The notes under the pieces were generated by a model. That model saw nothing but the letters and a program-made list of their open reading frames with translations, ran no database searches and was not told the DNA's origin. Positions 37,441 through 49,890 of a stretch of DNA of 64,000 nucleotides are shown piece after piece. Position 1 is the stretch's first letter. Every line of letters begins with the position of its first letter. Both the position numbers and the translations under genes were made by a program. This stretch comes from Felis catus (Eukaryota): contig NC_058368.1 in NCBI RefSeq assembly GCF_018350175.1, positions 90,088,001 through 90,152,000 of the forward strand, in the 5' to 3' direction.

Positions 37441-38317
37441 GTGGGCAAGCCTAGCGCGAGTCCTACACCCCCGTCTGCACCCCTACACCCGGGACCTGAG
37501 CCCGTTCCTGTACACTGTAGCTCCTCTAAAATCAGCCCCTTTCTGCCCCATCAGGAAATCAGGCCCTACAGAGCTGGCAGGGAAACCACGCCTCTGGTTC
37601 CAGGCGTCTCTTGACCTCGCTCCTGGCCTGTACTCATACATGGCATCAGATGGCAGGCGAGGAAGGACCCTCTCATGGGCTCTTGGGATCAGGCCCTTGG
37701 TCAGTGATCCATTAGGCTGACCTGGAGGGCCCTGGTAGTGGCAGAGGAGGAGAGAGCGCCCCCGTGTGGCCAAAACCTCATCCCAGGGTAAATGCTCTAG
37801 TGGCTTGGAAGGCAGCCAGTGTACTGGGCATCAGTGCCTCCGCACCCCACACCCTGCCCAGTTCTCCCAGCCGCATTACTCTGGGGAAGACACTTAAAGG
37901 TAAAAGGAGGGCAAAAATCCCCACCTCTAAGCAGAGTACAGAGAAGGGCCCGGCGAAGGGATGGAGATCTCCTGGTACATTTAGAAGGGGCAGGTTTATC
38001 AGAATCTCCAGGATGACTCCTTGGCCAGCACTGATGTTGCTTTACCTAGGAGAGAACATTGGGGAGAATGCACATCACTTGCCCTGGGAGGAGACTGCAT
38101 GTGGCAAGCTGGTAGCTAGTCATGTGCCTCAAAGTGGGTCTGAACATGGCAGAACCAGGTGCTTGTGAAACAAAGGAAAACTAAATCAGGCTGGGCAATA
38201 AGAAGCCATAAGGTCCACAACCTAACTGAGGCTCAGAGAGGGAGGCCTTGCCTGTGGGTCACTTCACAGAGCAGACAAATGACTTAGCCATACTGAGGGC
38301 TCAGTGAGATAAATCAT

Positions 38318-38378
38318 CTCTTCTTCCTCCCTCTCCTCCTCCTCCTTCTCCTCCTTCTCCTCCTCCTCTGCCTCCCCC
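38318..38378. repeat. (TCC)n polypyrimidine tract
   Basis: Direct inspection. Confidence 0.85.
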
Positions 38379-38499
38379 AAGCCATCTGGGGATCCTGACA
38401 CTTGGCTTAGGTTGCAGCAGGAAATAGGGTCAGAGAAAGCTCAATGATTGGATGAATCAGGAGGGTGGGCAGAAGCAGGAAGGGAGATGCTGGCTGACT

Positions 38500-39245
38500 G
38501 GCTGGATAGATAGTTGGCTACTTTGGTGAATGGGTGGAGGGGGAAGATAGATGTTTGGGTATTCTGATAGACAGATGGACTTTTGGTGTGAGCAGATGTG
38601 GAAAGGTTGATGGGTAGATGGGGGGATGGATAGATGGATGGATGGGAAGGTTGGTGTGTGGGTAGGTGGATGGGTCTATGTGGGTGTGGGTGAGTGGATG
38701 GATGGATGAATATGGATAGATGGATGGATGGATAGCTGAATAATGGATGGGTGGGTGAATTGGTGGATGGATGGATGGATGGATGGATGGATGAATGGGT
38801 GGGTGAATAATGGGTGGATAGATGGATAGGTGGATGGATGAATAAGGGTGTATGGTTGGGTGAATGGATGAGTGAATAAGGATGGATGGGTAGATGGGAG
38901 GATGGATGGATGGATGGATGGATGGATGGATGAGTGGAAGGATGGTTGGGTGGGTGTGTGGATGGTTAGGTGGGTAGAAGTTTGGGTTAGGTGGGTAGGT
39001 GGATGAATGTATGGGTGGGAGGGTGAGTGGGTGAGTGTATGGAGGGATATAGGAGTGGATGGATAGATGGATGGATGGATGGATGGATGGGTAGGGGGAT
39101 GAGTGGCAAACATTAGGAAGGACAGAGGAAAGATAGATGAGTGAATTAATGGATCTGTTGGTAGGGGACTATATAAAAAGGGAGATGGGCAATAGCAGAT
39201 GAGGGGAGAAGAGATGGATGGATGGATGAATGGAGTGGAGTGGAG
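38500..39245. repeat. Long degenerate (GGAT/GGGT)n simple repeat
   Basis: About 700 bp of TGGA/TGGG units; gives the spurious HPSI-rich ORF 38676..39113. Confidence 0.95.
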
Positions 39246-39939
39246 GGTATGCAGGGGGTGAGAGCTCCCTCTCCCCAGGAGGCCTTCAGTAGAATGAGAT
39301 CTAAATCATCGGCGGAACTATCCACCCTTGTCAGGCTTGCCTCTGCCATTGGTGAAGCCACTTCAAAGGCAGACCCTGCCATTCTGGCTACAGTGGTGGG
39401 GATGGGTGTAAGTCCTGGACTGGTTCCCTAGGGAAACAGGGCGCAAGTGCCAGCCCCCTGAGAAACTGCCAGGCCTGCCACCAGGGCTGTGCTGGGAAAT
39501 CTTTTCTGACCACCCGTGGGTGAGAATAACTGAGGCCTAGGAATGGCTGTCAAGAGCAGTCATCCACCAGGTGGAGGTGTTTGGGGCAGAAATAATTCAT
39601 TGCAGATGTTCTCATTCCCTGGCTTGGGATCCAGTTAGGTGTGCTGAGCAGTATGGGCTGGAACGAGGTTTTGTGGCCCCGTCCCTACCCGCCCAGGCCC
39701 AGGCCAGGGTGCTTCCATGTGTCTTTGAGATCCCCAAGTTGCCCTTACACAGGAGCAGCCCCTCCAAAGCAGATGTCCTCTATGTGCAACCTCCCCTCCC
39801 CTAGATGGGGCTATGGGTTGCTCCCTGCCCCCCAGCAGGGGCAAAGGCTGGGCTCAGAAGGGAGCTGGTGACCAGACTGATAAGGCAGGACCAGTAGAAC
39901 TCTCAGAGCATGAGGTCTGGACCATACCATGTGAGCCTA

Positions 39940-40110
39940 CATAGATCCAGGCTCAGAAACCACATCTGTGTGACCTCGGACAAGTTACTTCACCTCTCTG
40001 AGCTTCAGTTTGTTCATCAGCAAAAATACTGTTCCCACTACACAACTTTGCAGCAAAGAATCCCTGAAGTCACTTGTGTTCTTATTTTGGCACTTGGTAA
40101 ATGTGAGCTG
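39940..40110. mobile_element. MIR
   Basis: tgtgtgacctcggacaagttacttcacctctctgagcttcagtt core. Confidence 0.75.
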
Positions 40111-40319
40111 TGATGGGGAACAAATTATTTCCAAAATTCAGGCATATGGGGCTTATTTTTAACTTTTATGGAGTTGCTATTGTGGAACATTTCAAGCATA
40201 CACAAACACAGAATAGTAACTGAACACCTGTGTATTTATCACCTAGGTTCAACAATGATCAACATTTTGCCAAATCGTTTCTTCTATCCCTTCACACACT
40301 TCCCCCTCCCTCCAAATTA

Positions 40320-40512
40320 TTTTTTTAATGTTTATTTATTTTTGAGAAAGACAGCACAAGCAGGGGAGGGGCAGAGGAGGGTGGGGGGAGGACAGAGGAT
40401 CCGAAGCAGGGCCGACAGCAGAGAGCCCGATGTGGGACTCGAACTCATGAACCGTGACATCATGACCCCAGCTGAAGTCGGACACTTAACGAACTGAGCC
40501 ACCCAGGTGCCC
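40320..40512 (-). mobile_element. Can-SINE within an old L1 3' end
   Basis: TSD tccaaattatttttt. Confidence 0.9.
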
Positions 40513-41919
40513 TCATCCAAATTATTTTTAAACAAATTATAAAGATTATATCTTTGGCTCCAAAAATACTTCAGCATCATCCGATAAAAGATTTCTCACA
40601 TAGGAATAGGATCAAATGATATAAAATGCCATGCATAAATCCATGAAATGAGCACGAGTGTTTTCACAGCTGTGTGTCTTTGGACAAGTTACTTAACCTC
40701 TCTGAGCCTTAAACTTCTTTCTATAATGAGGAAGCATGGTAAGGACTGTGACATAACAATGGAGCTCAGGGAAGAAGAGGAAACAGCACAGGGCCAGGAC
40801 CAAGGAGGCTTTCCCACTAGTGGACTGTGAAAGATGACACCTCTCTCTTATGAGCTGCCCCCTCTCCTGAACCTTCATGTCCCTTCCTATACTGCCCACT
40901 GCCTCTCAGTATCTGGGAACAAAAGGCCAGAGAGGAGCTGAAAAGGCTTTTCTCCATGACTGAACATGGAAGTCTTCCCAGCACCTGGCCCTTGCATTGA
41001 ACCTGTGCTAGGGAGAGGACCCTGCCCTAGAGGGGCTTCCGGTGGGTTGGACTCAGCAGTATTGGCTCAGGGAGGCCAGTGTTGAGGCTAAAGGAGAAGC
41101 CAGGGAAGGCCCCAAGGTCATAGCTCCAGTAAGGGAGACAGGACGGGAGGATCTTGGTGCCCTGGCCTCACCCATGGGGCCAGCCACACAGGAAGCTGAT
41201 ACCATGGGCTCTCCGGGGGACTGACCTTGCTTTGCCATTCACACAACTGTCTGCTGGGCTGACCCACTGCCCCTGGAACCTCACCCGCACCCAAGGGCAC
41301 AGGTAGCAGAAAGCTGACATGGAGAACAAACTGGCAGCAGGTGCCAAGCTCCTGCCCATGCAAGGTGGGCCAAGCCCGTTGCAAGGCACCCTGGGTTGGC
41401 TCGGGTGGGATTTGCAAGAACTCCAAAGAACAGAGGCCCAGGGCTGTCCAGCCAGAGATGAGTTCTTACCATGAAAGTCCAAGAGGCACCTTGGAGAAGC
41501 ACAGCCTTCACTCTTGGACAACCTCTGCACTTGAAACCCAGCTCTGTGCACACAGCAGGTGGCTCTGTGGAAATGGATGGCATGCAGGAAAGCCATGTGT
41601 TCCGAAATGTGGATTCCTGATGGGGACAAGAATGACCTCAACATTCTCAGTGCTAGGTCTCTCTCGGCCTGCTCGGATGCACCTAGGGGATCTCTCAGCC
41701 TCTATCCACAAGGGTGTAGGAATCAGCGAGGAAATGAAGGGTAAATACCATCCCCATATTCCGAGGGGGTGCAGAAGATTCGGGAAAGAACCAACAGTAA
41801 GCTTGAGGCTAACACCACCAGATAAATTCTAAAGGAATGAGCTAACAGGAAAATGATAACCATTTGGAGTGAATATTGGCTCAGTACAAACAAGTCTTGC
41901 TAAATTACCTGCATGTTTT

Positions 41920-42138
41920 CAAAATTTTTTTAACACATCCATTTTTGAGAGACAGAGAGAGACAGAGTGCAAGCAGGGGAGCAGCAGAGAGAGAGAGAAG
42001 GAAACACAGAATCTGAAGCAGGCTCCAGGCTCTGAGCCATCAGCACAGAGCCCAGCGCAGGGCTTGAGCTCATGAACCGCAAGATCATGACCTGAGCAGA
42101 GGTCAGACGCATAACTGACAAAGCCACCCAGGCGCCCC
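41920..42138 (-). mobile_element. Can-SINE
   Basis: Antisense SINEC. Confidence 0.9.
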
Positions 42139-42269
42139 TATGTGTGTATTTTTAAAATAGGGTAAGCACATGGTTCTAGCAAACTAGAACAGATACGCTG
42201 CATCCTTGACTTCAGGAGGGCTCCGACATCTACATTGGAGAGGCCAACCAATGAGAAGCAGGTGAAGGC

Positions 42270-43350
42270 CACATTAATCCAATCAGCACGTGTGTGAGTC
42301 CCCGTGTCCTTCACGCTGGGGATGAGCAAAGAGTGACACAGTATTATCTTCATGGAGCTGATAGTCCAGAGAGAGGAGATACTCAATCCCCTGAACGAGG
42401 CTTGGCCGAGTGTTTGAAGGAAGCCTGGTGCTCTGAGGTCCCAAGGATAAGAGCATGCCAAGAGAGACAAGGCTGCACAGGCCCTGCCGGGGGCAGGGAA
42501 GGGGTCAAGGGACGAAGGAGCTGCATGTGTCTGGAGCACTGAGAAGGCAGGCAGGGGCCGTGTGGAGGCCATCGAGCATGGCCAGAGCCTGATTTCAGGA
42601 CCCCCCAGTCCTGCGGGGCTTCTGTCTTTGCAAAGGCATGGAGGTATTTTAAAGAAGGGAGAGGCAGGGGTCAGATGTGCATTTTCGACAGACGGCTCTA
42701 GCTGCAGAGTGGAGTCTAGAGAGGCCAGCATGGATGAGGGGGGCCCTCTGAGGTCTCTTAGGACCACAGAGACAGAGCATGGAAATGTCAGAAAGCAAAA
42801 TCAAGAGGGTTGGTGATAACCGGGAGGGATGTGAGGGAGAGGGTGGCTTGAGGATGTCTCCAGGCCTGCGTGCCTGATGGCAGTGCTCCAGTCACTGAGA
42901 CAGGGTTGCAGACAGAGGGGGCAGCTCTGGACAAGGTGAGGGTGACTTCCACTTACATGCATTGGGTCAAGGTGACCCCTGAGCCGTGATCTGATCTGGA
43001 GATCAGAGAAGTTGGATGTTGTCCACACACAAACACTAAGTGACACTCTAGACAGCGTATGACTGAGGGGAAGGGGAGGACCAGATGGAGATAGGGAGGA
43101 CCACTCCCCCCACATACCCCGAAGGATGATGCAGACAAGCCTGCTGACAGCCTGAGGCAGGAGGAACTGGAGGCTGAGGCGATGAGGCCAAGGCAGATGC
43201 CGCCTGAGAAGGGGCCCTGGGCTCTCCTGACAGGAGGTCCAGGGAGGCAGTAAGGGCCAGTCCGAAGGCTGACAGGAGTGGGTGACTAGTGGGGTGGTGT
43301 GGTGGAGGGGTGAGTGGGGAAGGAGGGAACATGATGACAGTGTGACCGCT
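42270..43350 (-). mobile_element. L2 fragment
   Basis: cttcatggagctgatagtccag...aggaagcctggtgctctgagg...gagaagttggatgtt...cattgggtcaaggtgaccc pattern. Confidence 0.6.
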
Positions 43351-43903
43351 TAAATCTGAGTCTGAGTGAGGACAGAGATAGGGGGCCAGTGCAGGTATCG
43401 GGGCTCACAGGATGGACCCAACTCCCTCATTTTCCCAGCACACAAATAAAGATCTGATAGGCAGCGTGCTGACCACACTTTTGGACCTGACACAGCTAGT
43501 CTGCAGGCAACCTCAGTTTATCCACATACTATCCAGCTAACCAGTGGGTCTGCCCACTATGGCTCTGGAAGCAAGGCTTAGCGTTCGGGTTCAGTTAGGG
43601 TTGACAGCCTCCCATCCTGGTTCCCATGTCCTGAGGGCTCTGCCCATGACCGCTTGACAGAGAAGCACTTCCATGAGCACCAAGCGGATGCCATCTTGGT
43701 CTCCCAGAGCTCTGGGCACCACAACAATGCTGGGCCTCAACCGCCCCACCTGGAGCCCCGTCAGATTCAGTGTTGAGGCCTCTCCGTGCACACTCGGCCC
43801 AGCTTGCCAGACGCCCCACCTGCAAAATGCTGCTGGATTTGTGTGATTCAAAGCAGCATGAAGAAAGCACACTTCTTCTGTCTGAAATAACCTGGCAGCG
43901 CTA

Positions 43904-44122
43904 GGGGCACCTGGGTGGCTCAGTCAGTTAAGGGTCCAAATTTGGCTCAGGTCATGATCTCACGGTTCATGAGTTAGAGCCCCACATCAGACTCTGCCAT
44001 CAGTGCAGACAGCCTGCTTCAGATTCTATGTCTCCCTCTCTCTCTGCTCCTCCCCTGCCCGTGCTTACTCTCTCCCGTTCTCTCTCTCTCTTTCTCTCTC
44101 AAAAATAAACATCAAAAAAATT
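43904..44122 (+). mobile_element. Can-SINE
   Basis: SINEC head, (CT)n, A tail. Confidence 0.9.
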
Positions 44123-45104
44123 ATGAAATTACCTGAAGTACTGATGACTGACCACCCATTATTCTCCCAGCCCTCTAGGCCCTCTGGGCACCCTGCCTGA
44201 TGGCTCATCATGGCCAGGAGGCCAGGCCTCAGACACTCCCACCCAGGATCCTCGGCCTGTGGGGGTTAAATCAACCTCTGGGGGGCCATTTGCTGACAAG
44301 TTCAGGGGCTCCTTCTGTGGATTACTGAGAAAACCCTTGGGAACAGTGGATGTCAGGCTTAGTAAACGTAGCCAGTCTGATGGTGCCTTCCTTGGAAATA
44401 GGGGTCTCTGATGGGGGGGAAATAATCAATCTCCCTGTGGATGTGGGAGGGGAGGATGGGTGCCCCTCCAGGGTGGGGCCCTGGCCTTTCTTCCCCAATC
44501 CAGAGCAGCCCAAAGCAAGAAGGCATCTGTCTGAGCTGAATGGTGAGACACTTTTGTCAGTACAGTCAGTAGTTATTAAAGGCCCACCGTGTGCCCAGAG
44601 CCAGGCCTAGCCCTGACAGCACAGAGGTGGCAACACAGGCTTCCCTGAGCCTGCTGAGCTGTCATTCTGGTGGGGCAGTAAACAACCCCAATCACCTCCC
44701 GCAGTGGCCCCATAGAGAAGTCACACGCAGCGACCTGGAGAAGTACTGTCGGGGCAGAGATAGGACAGCATGGCTAGTCAGGAAGGCCACTCTGGGTCAG
44801 GAGAGAGGAGGGCCCCCAGTGGAGGGCCCCCCATTAAAGCCCAGCAAAAGGCCAGCACCTGCGGCATCTCCCTCCTCTCTCCCTCCCTCTGTCCCCCTGG
44901 CAGTGCACACCCCAGCCCAAAGAGGCGGGGCGGCCCTGGACCACAGTCACCCTCCCCGATGTGTGATCTTCCAGCTTCCACAGGAGGGGACAGGCGTGGG
45001 CACATCAAGCAACAGCTTGTCTCTGCCAGCCTGGAGCCCCAGACGCTGGACATGGGGAGATGGGTGTTCGGGCACGAGCCCCTGTCTTTCCACCTCCTCT
45101 CCAG

Positions 45105-45305
45105 GCGTACCGGAAGACGATGCATCAACTCCTTCAGGCTCTGCACCAGAAGCTGGCAGCTCAGGGCCAGGGCCCAGAAGGCCTGCTGGGGGCCGACAAG
45201 CCCATCTCCTACAGGACCAAGCCACCCGCCTCCATCCACAGGGAGCTCCTCGGCGTCTGCAGTGACCCCTACACGCTGGCCCAGCAGCTGACCCACGTGG
45301 AGCTG
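45105..45305 (+). CDS. RASGEF1C: RASGEF1C coding exon 4
   Basis: ctctccag|GCG; AYRKTMHQLLQALHQKL...DPYTLAQQLTHVEL; CTG|gtgagc; 201 nt. Confidence 0.96.
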
Positions 45306-45929
45306 GTGAGCAGGCCCGTGCCATCCTCTACCCGGACCCAGAGCCAGGAACAGCTGAGAACCGGCTGTCCCTGATCCCAACCCCCTTCCCCACCCTCCCC
45401 CCCCCCCCACCGCCCTGCATTGTGTCAGCATAACCCAGTGCTTGGAGCCTGTCACAGCAGGGCCGGTCAGCGTCTCCAGGATTCCCTAGCTCTGGAACAG
45501 TCTCGCCACTCCAGCAGGAGGGCTGGATACGCTCGGCCTGCCTGAGAGTCTGGGCCTGGGGCAGAGGACCCGGGTTCAAATACTGGCTCTGCTACCACCT
45601 GCTGTGTGATCTTCCACCAACTAGTGCCTTCCCTACCAGGGCCTAAGTTTCCCCAGCCAGGACTCACAGACACACTGCACCCACCCTTGCTTCCCAGAGG
45701 AATCCATATAGGCCTTCCTGCTTGTGAAGGGGATACCCCAGCCTAGCCTCCAGCATGGTGGAGTCCCTATAGATGCAGAGGGTAAGGGGCCTGCCCCAGA
45801 GAGAGAGGGGGAGGTGGGGGGATAGGTTTCTTCTCTTTTAAACCTCCACCATTTATGGCCCCCTTACTGCTTTCTGGCATTAGACTCAACATGTGAGGTG
45901 TGCTGTTGTATTTTGTCTTCCCACCACCC

Positions 45930-46075
45930 TGCCCAGTAGGCACAGTTATTCTCCTCTTTGCACAAATGAGGAAACCAAGGTCCAGAGATGTTAAGTGACT
46001 TGCCAGAAGTCACACAGTAGAAGGGACAGAGCCGGGATTTAATTCTGACCCAGACCCCATGCTCTTAGCTACCAG
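45930..46075. mobile_element. MIR
   Basis: acaaatgaggaaaccaagg...ttaagtgacttgccagaagtcacacag. Confidence 0.75.
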
Positions 46076-46378
46076 GCCTCCCCTGGAGGGAGCTGGTCAT
46101 TTCAATTACCCAGTTTTGAGCCTAGTTTCCTGCCCCCCATGAACCATGGCAGTCCCTGGGCATGGGAAAGGCAGGGCGCCTCCTTCAGGTTGGTTTTGAG
46201 CTCCGTGACAAATCAGTATAGGGGTTGTGGAGCCCTAGTGAGAAGGACAGGTGTCCAGAGACCCTTTTGGGTGGGCTGAGAGGGAGGGAGCCCACAGGAG
46301 CACCATGCCAGGCCCCCAGTGGGCACCCTCTCCATACCTTACCCCCTTTCCCGACTCCTCCTCTCCCTTCTGGTGCAG

Positions 46379-46453
46379 GAACGCCTACGACACATCGGGC
46401 CTGAGGAGTTTGTCCAGGCTTTTGTGAACAAGGATCCTTTGGCCAGCACAAAG
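46379..46453 (+). CDS. RASGEF1C: RASGEF1C coding exon 5
   Basis: tggtgcag|GAA; ERLRHIGPEEFVQAFVNKDPLASTK; AAG|gtagaa; 75 nt. Confidence 0.95.
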
Positions 46454-46793
46454 GTAGAAGGCCCTTAGACGGCTGTCCCAGCAGCATCCCTCCCACCCAC
46501 TGGTCCCTCTGGGGAATGTCACGAGTGTCAGCAGGAGCTTCGGAGGGGCCCAGAGTAGAGCAGATGGGCTTGGAGGGGCTGTGTCCACTCCACCTGTGTC
46601 CCTCCAGCTTGCCACCCAGCCCAAGGGCCTCGAACCCCGACAGTCCCGGAGTCCTGGGGAAGCCAGCTGGTCACCTACCCAGGGAGGGTGGAGGGGAGGG
46701 GCAGAGCTAAGGCCCTGGGTGAGAAGGAAAGTGGAGGGCGCACCAGGTGCTCTCCAAGACCCCCATTCTCTCCCTGCGCGTTTCTGTGGGCAC

Positions 46794-46812
46794 TGGTGCC
46801 CTCCAGTGGCCA
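46794..46812 (-). promoter_or_regulatory. Candidate CTCF-binding site
   Basis: Minus strand TGGCCACTGGAGGGCACCA fits the CTCF core (TGGCCACCAGGGGGCGCTA) with tolerated substitutions; motif evidence only. Confidence 0.4.
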
Positions 46813-47039
46813 CCCGGGGTAGTGCGTGCTAGTGCCCACTGCCCAAGAAAGGTAAACGTGTGCTCTCCCAAGTGGTGCAGTGGCCCCTGGGCCATGCGCT
46901 ACAGACAGCATCTGCACACCGGATCTCGGGTTTGCCCCTCCTCCCTCAGAGCCCAACCAGCAGGGTGCTTGGTGCTTATCAACCGGGTTCAATTCTAATC
47001 AGAACTGGAAACACTGTTGTCTTCTCCTCTCTGACCTAA

Positions 47040-47700
47040 TAAAAGAAGAGCAACTAAATATGAATGCCTTTTCACCTCTCAGATAAGCAAAGATTAAACG
47101 TTGTGGGTGTGTAGGGAAAGGGACACCCTCACATACGTCTGGTAGGGGGTGAAATTGGCATGATCGCCTTGGGGAGCCACTTGGCAATCACACCAACACT
47201 TAACATGTACACCCTTGACCTCAACTTCCCATGCCTCATAACTTATCCTACAGATGTACACACCCATGTACACAAAGATGTATGCGTTAAGATATTTGGG
47301 ATACACTGTGGCTATTATGGCCAAAGGCCGGAAGCGAACTACCTTATGGGGGCTGGATTACATCACGGTGCCTCCACACATGGAATGCTGTGAGACCCTT
47401 ACAAAGAATGAGAACAACTGGAAGAATAGAATAATCCCCCAGATCCGCTGTAGAGACAAAAAGCAAGAGCGAAGAGCAGTGACAAAGAGGATGTGACCAT
47501 TCGTGTGACAACAAAAAGGAGGGTTCGTGATACATGTCTGCTTGCACAGCACATGCATGTAGACGATCTCTAGGAAAACCAGAGGGGTGTCGGGGGTCGG
47601 GCGGGCGGAGTAGGAAGGAGACTTTGCCACTCGTAGCAGATTGTTTTTTACATTTGGGTTTGGGTTTGGGTTTTTGGCCATATCCAAGTATCACTTTTTT
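47040..47700 (+). mobile_element. Old L1M 3' region
   Basis: gggtgtgtagggaaagggacaccctcacatac...ttggggagccacttggcaat... Confidence 0.6.
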
Positions 47701-47854
47701 ATTGTGAACCACGTCAAGATTGCAGTGACCTCTCTTTACCCACTCTATGGTAGAGGAACGTGTGTGGTCTTTCCAGCCTCCTGCTAGTATAGATCCTGCT
47801 GCTACGAACACTTACAAGTTTTCATATACATCAGGGCATATTTTTCTAGGGCAT

Positions 47855-49536
47855 CAATTCTCAAGTGACTTGGTCTTACGGCCTTTTTTATACTCTTAAA
47901 AAGTATGAAGGACCCCAAAGAACTTTTGATTATGGAGATCATATCTACCGATATTCATCATATTAGCCATTAAAACCAGTAAATTTTAGGGGCACCTGGG
48001 TGGTTCAGTCAGGTAAGCGGATGGTTCTTGATTTCAGCTCAGGTCATGATTTCGCGGTTTCTGAGATAGAGCCCCTAATCGGGCTCTGCGCTGACAACGT
48101 GGAGCCTGCTTGAGATTCTTTCTCTCCCTCTCTCTCTGCCCCTCCCCTGCTCATGCTCACTCTCTCTCAAAATAAATAAACCTTAAAAAAAAAACGGTAC
48201 CTTTTAGAGATATTTATTTATTCAAATTAGCAATAACAACCTAGTATAGGTTCACATAAGTAATATATTTTAACTAGATTTTCCAAAGTAAAAAAAAAAA
48301 ATTGAGAAGAGTGACGTTGTTTTATAGTATTTTTACAAATCTCAATAATGACCAACATAACTAAAAGACAGTTGTATTCTCTTATCTGCTTCTGCATTCA
48401 ATCTCTTAACACATTCGCTCCACATTATTTTGGTTGAAAATCCAACCTCCCACAAATATGTAGTTGGAAAAGGGAATGGTATTTTAAGCCTTTTCAGATA
48501 ATTGTGAATGTTTTTCCTTGATACTATGCTAAAAACTCAGCAGGTGGTAGTTTTTTAAGATTAATTGCAATTTGGAATCTGAAAATATACCCGTGGACTT
48601 TCTGCACTCCATTATATTGAAATCTATTGATTCGTCTTGCATCCGGAATGTATCTTTTGCTCATGCATGATTTTATAACATCATACGTTGGTCATTTGGA
48701 AAATAGGAGTTGACTGAATCAGGCAGATCTTCCAAATGTTGGTACCTTTCATCATACAATATTTTTTAAATCCTTTTTTTTTCTTTAAAGTTTATTTAGG
48801 GTGAGGGAGGTGGGCAGAGAGAGAGGAAGAGAGAGAGAATCCCAACCGGCGCTGTGCTGTCAGCTCGAAGCCCAACCTGGGGCTCAAACCCATAAACCAT
48901 AGATCATGACCTGAGCCAAAGTCAGACACTTAATGGACAGAGTCACCCACACACCCCTCATCATACAATATTTTAAAATCATATCCATTGATATCACTAC
49001 TGATCTCATCCCTCCAAAACAGCCCTTGAGTATTGGAAAACTGTCAAGGTCACAGAGACAGATACATGTTTTACAAGTTCCAAACCTTCTCTTAAAAACT
49101 TGAATTTTATCATTGGCAACAAATACTATCAATTGCTTCCTTGAAGTGACAGACTCATCTTGTTGATTTTCAAGAAAATATTAGCCAAATACTGAAGTCT
49201 GAAAAACCATAGTTGGTCAGTCCTTCTTTTGAGTAAAAATGGTGTCTCCTGAGAAAAGTGGCCAGTTCTTCTCACAAGCCAATCACACCAGTGCTTTTCC
49301 TCAAGACCTGAATTCTGTATGCATCAGAAGTGTTTTGTGTTTAGTCACTTAGAACACCAAAAAGAGGGGCACCTGGGTGGCTCAGTCATTAACCATCCAA
49401 CTTTGGCTCAGGTCATGATCTCACAGTGTGTGCGTTCGAACCCCGTGTTGGGCTCTGTGCTGACAGCTTGGAGCCTGGAACCTGCTTTGGATCCTGTGTC
49501 TCCCTCTCTTTCCACCCCTCCCCCACTCATGTTTTG

Positions 49537-49567
<31 letters not shown>

Positions 49568-49890
49568 AATAATTTAAAAAATAAAAATAAATTTTTTAAA
49601 TAAAAAAAATACCCAAAAGATGTGTACACAAGGATGGAGATTTAGTAAAATTGAAATGTTTGCCTCCTCAAGGACGTTCTGAAGTCACACTCACTTCTTT
49701 TCTTTGACCTCGAACGTGTGATAGTGAGGAACACAATGACCACTGATTATGGCTTGGTGACTCTGCCTTGCTTCGGGCTAAGAGGGAAGCCATTTTACAC
49801 GATTTTCTTTTACACGTCAGTGCAAATGTCAACACAATGAAAAGACAATGACATTGTATGAATATGAAAATAGTTGTGCCCTAGGCTCCA
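47855..49890 (-). mobile_element. Charlie1a hAT DNA transposon (degenerate transposase on the - strand), interrupted by three Can-SINEs (47989-48195 +, 48775-48957 -, 49366-49610 +)
   Basis: atactcttaaaaagtatgaaggaccccaaagaacttttg end; minus-strand peptide VFVANDKIQVFKRR...DSFPILK resembles Charlie transposase. Confidence 0.85.

Noticed and set aside
38676..39113. 145-aa His/Pro/Ser/Ile-rich ORF
   Set aside because: Translation artefact of the (CCAT)n simple repeat.
44591..45455. Overlapping long ORFs on both strands around coding exon 4 (224, 173 and 225 aa)
   Set aside because: Alternative-frame and antisense shadows of a GC-rich exon. Only the 45105-45305 frame matches RASGEF1C and the splice sites.
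47855..49890. Possible domesticated or active hAT transposase
   Set aside because: Only short broken peptides remain, interrupted by stops and three SINEs; a fossil Charlie1a.
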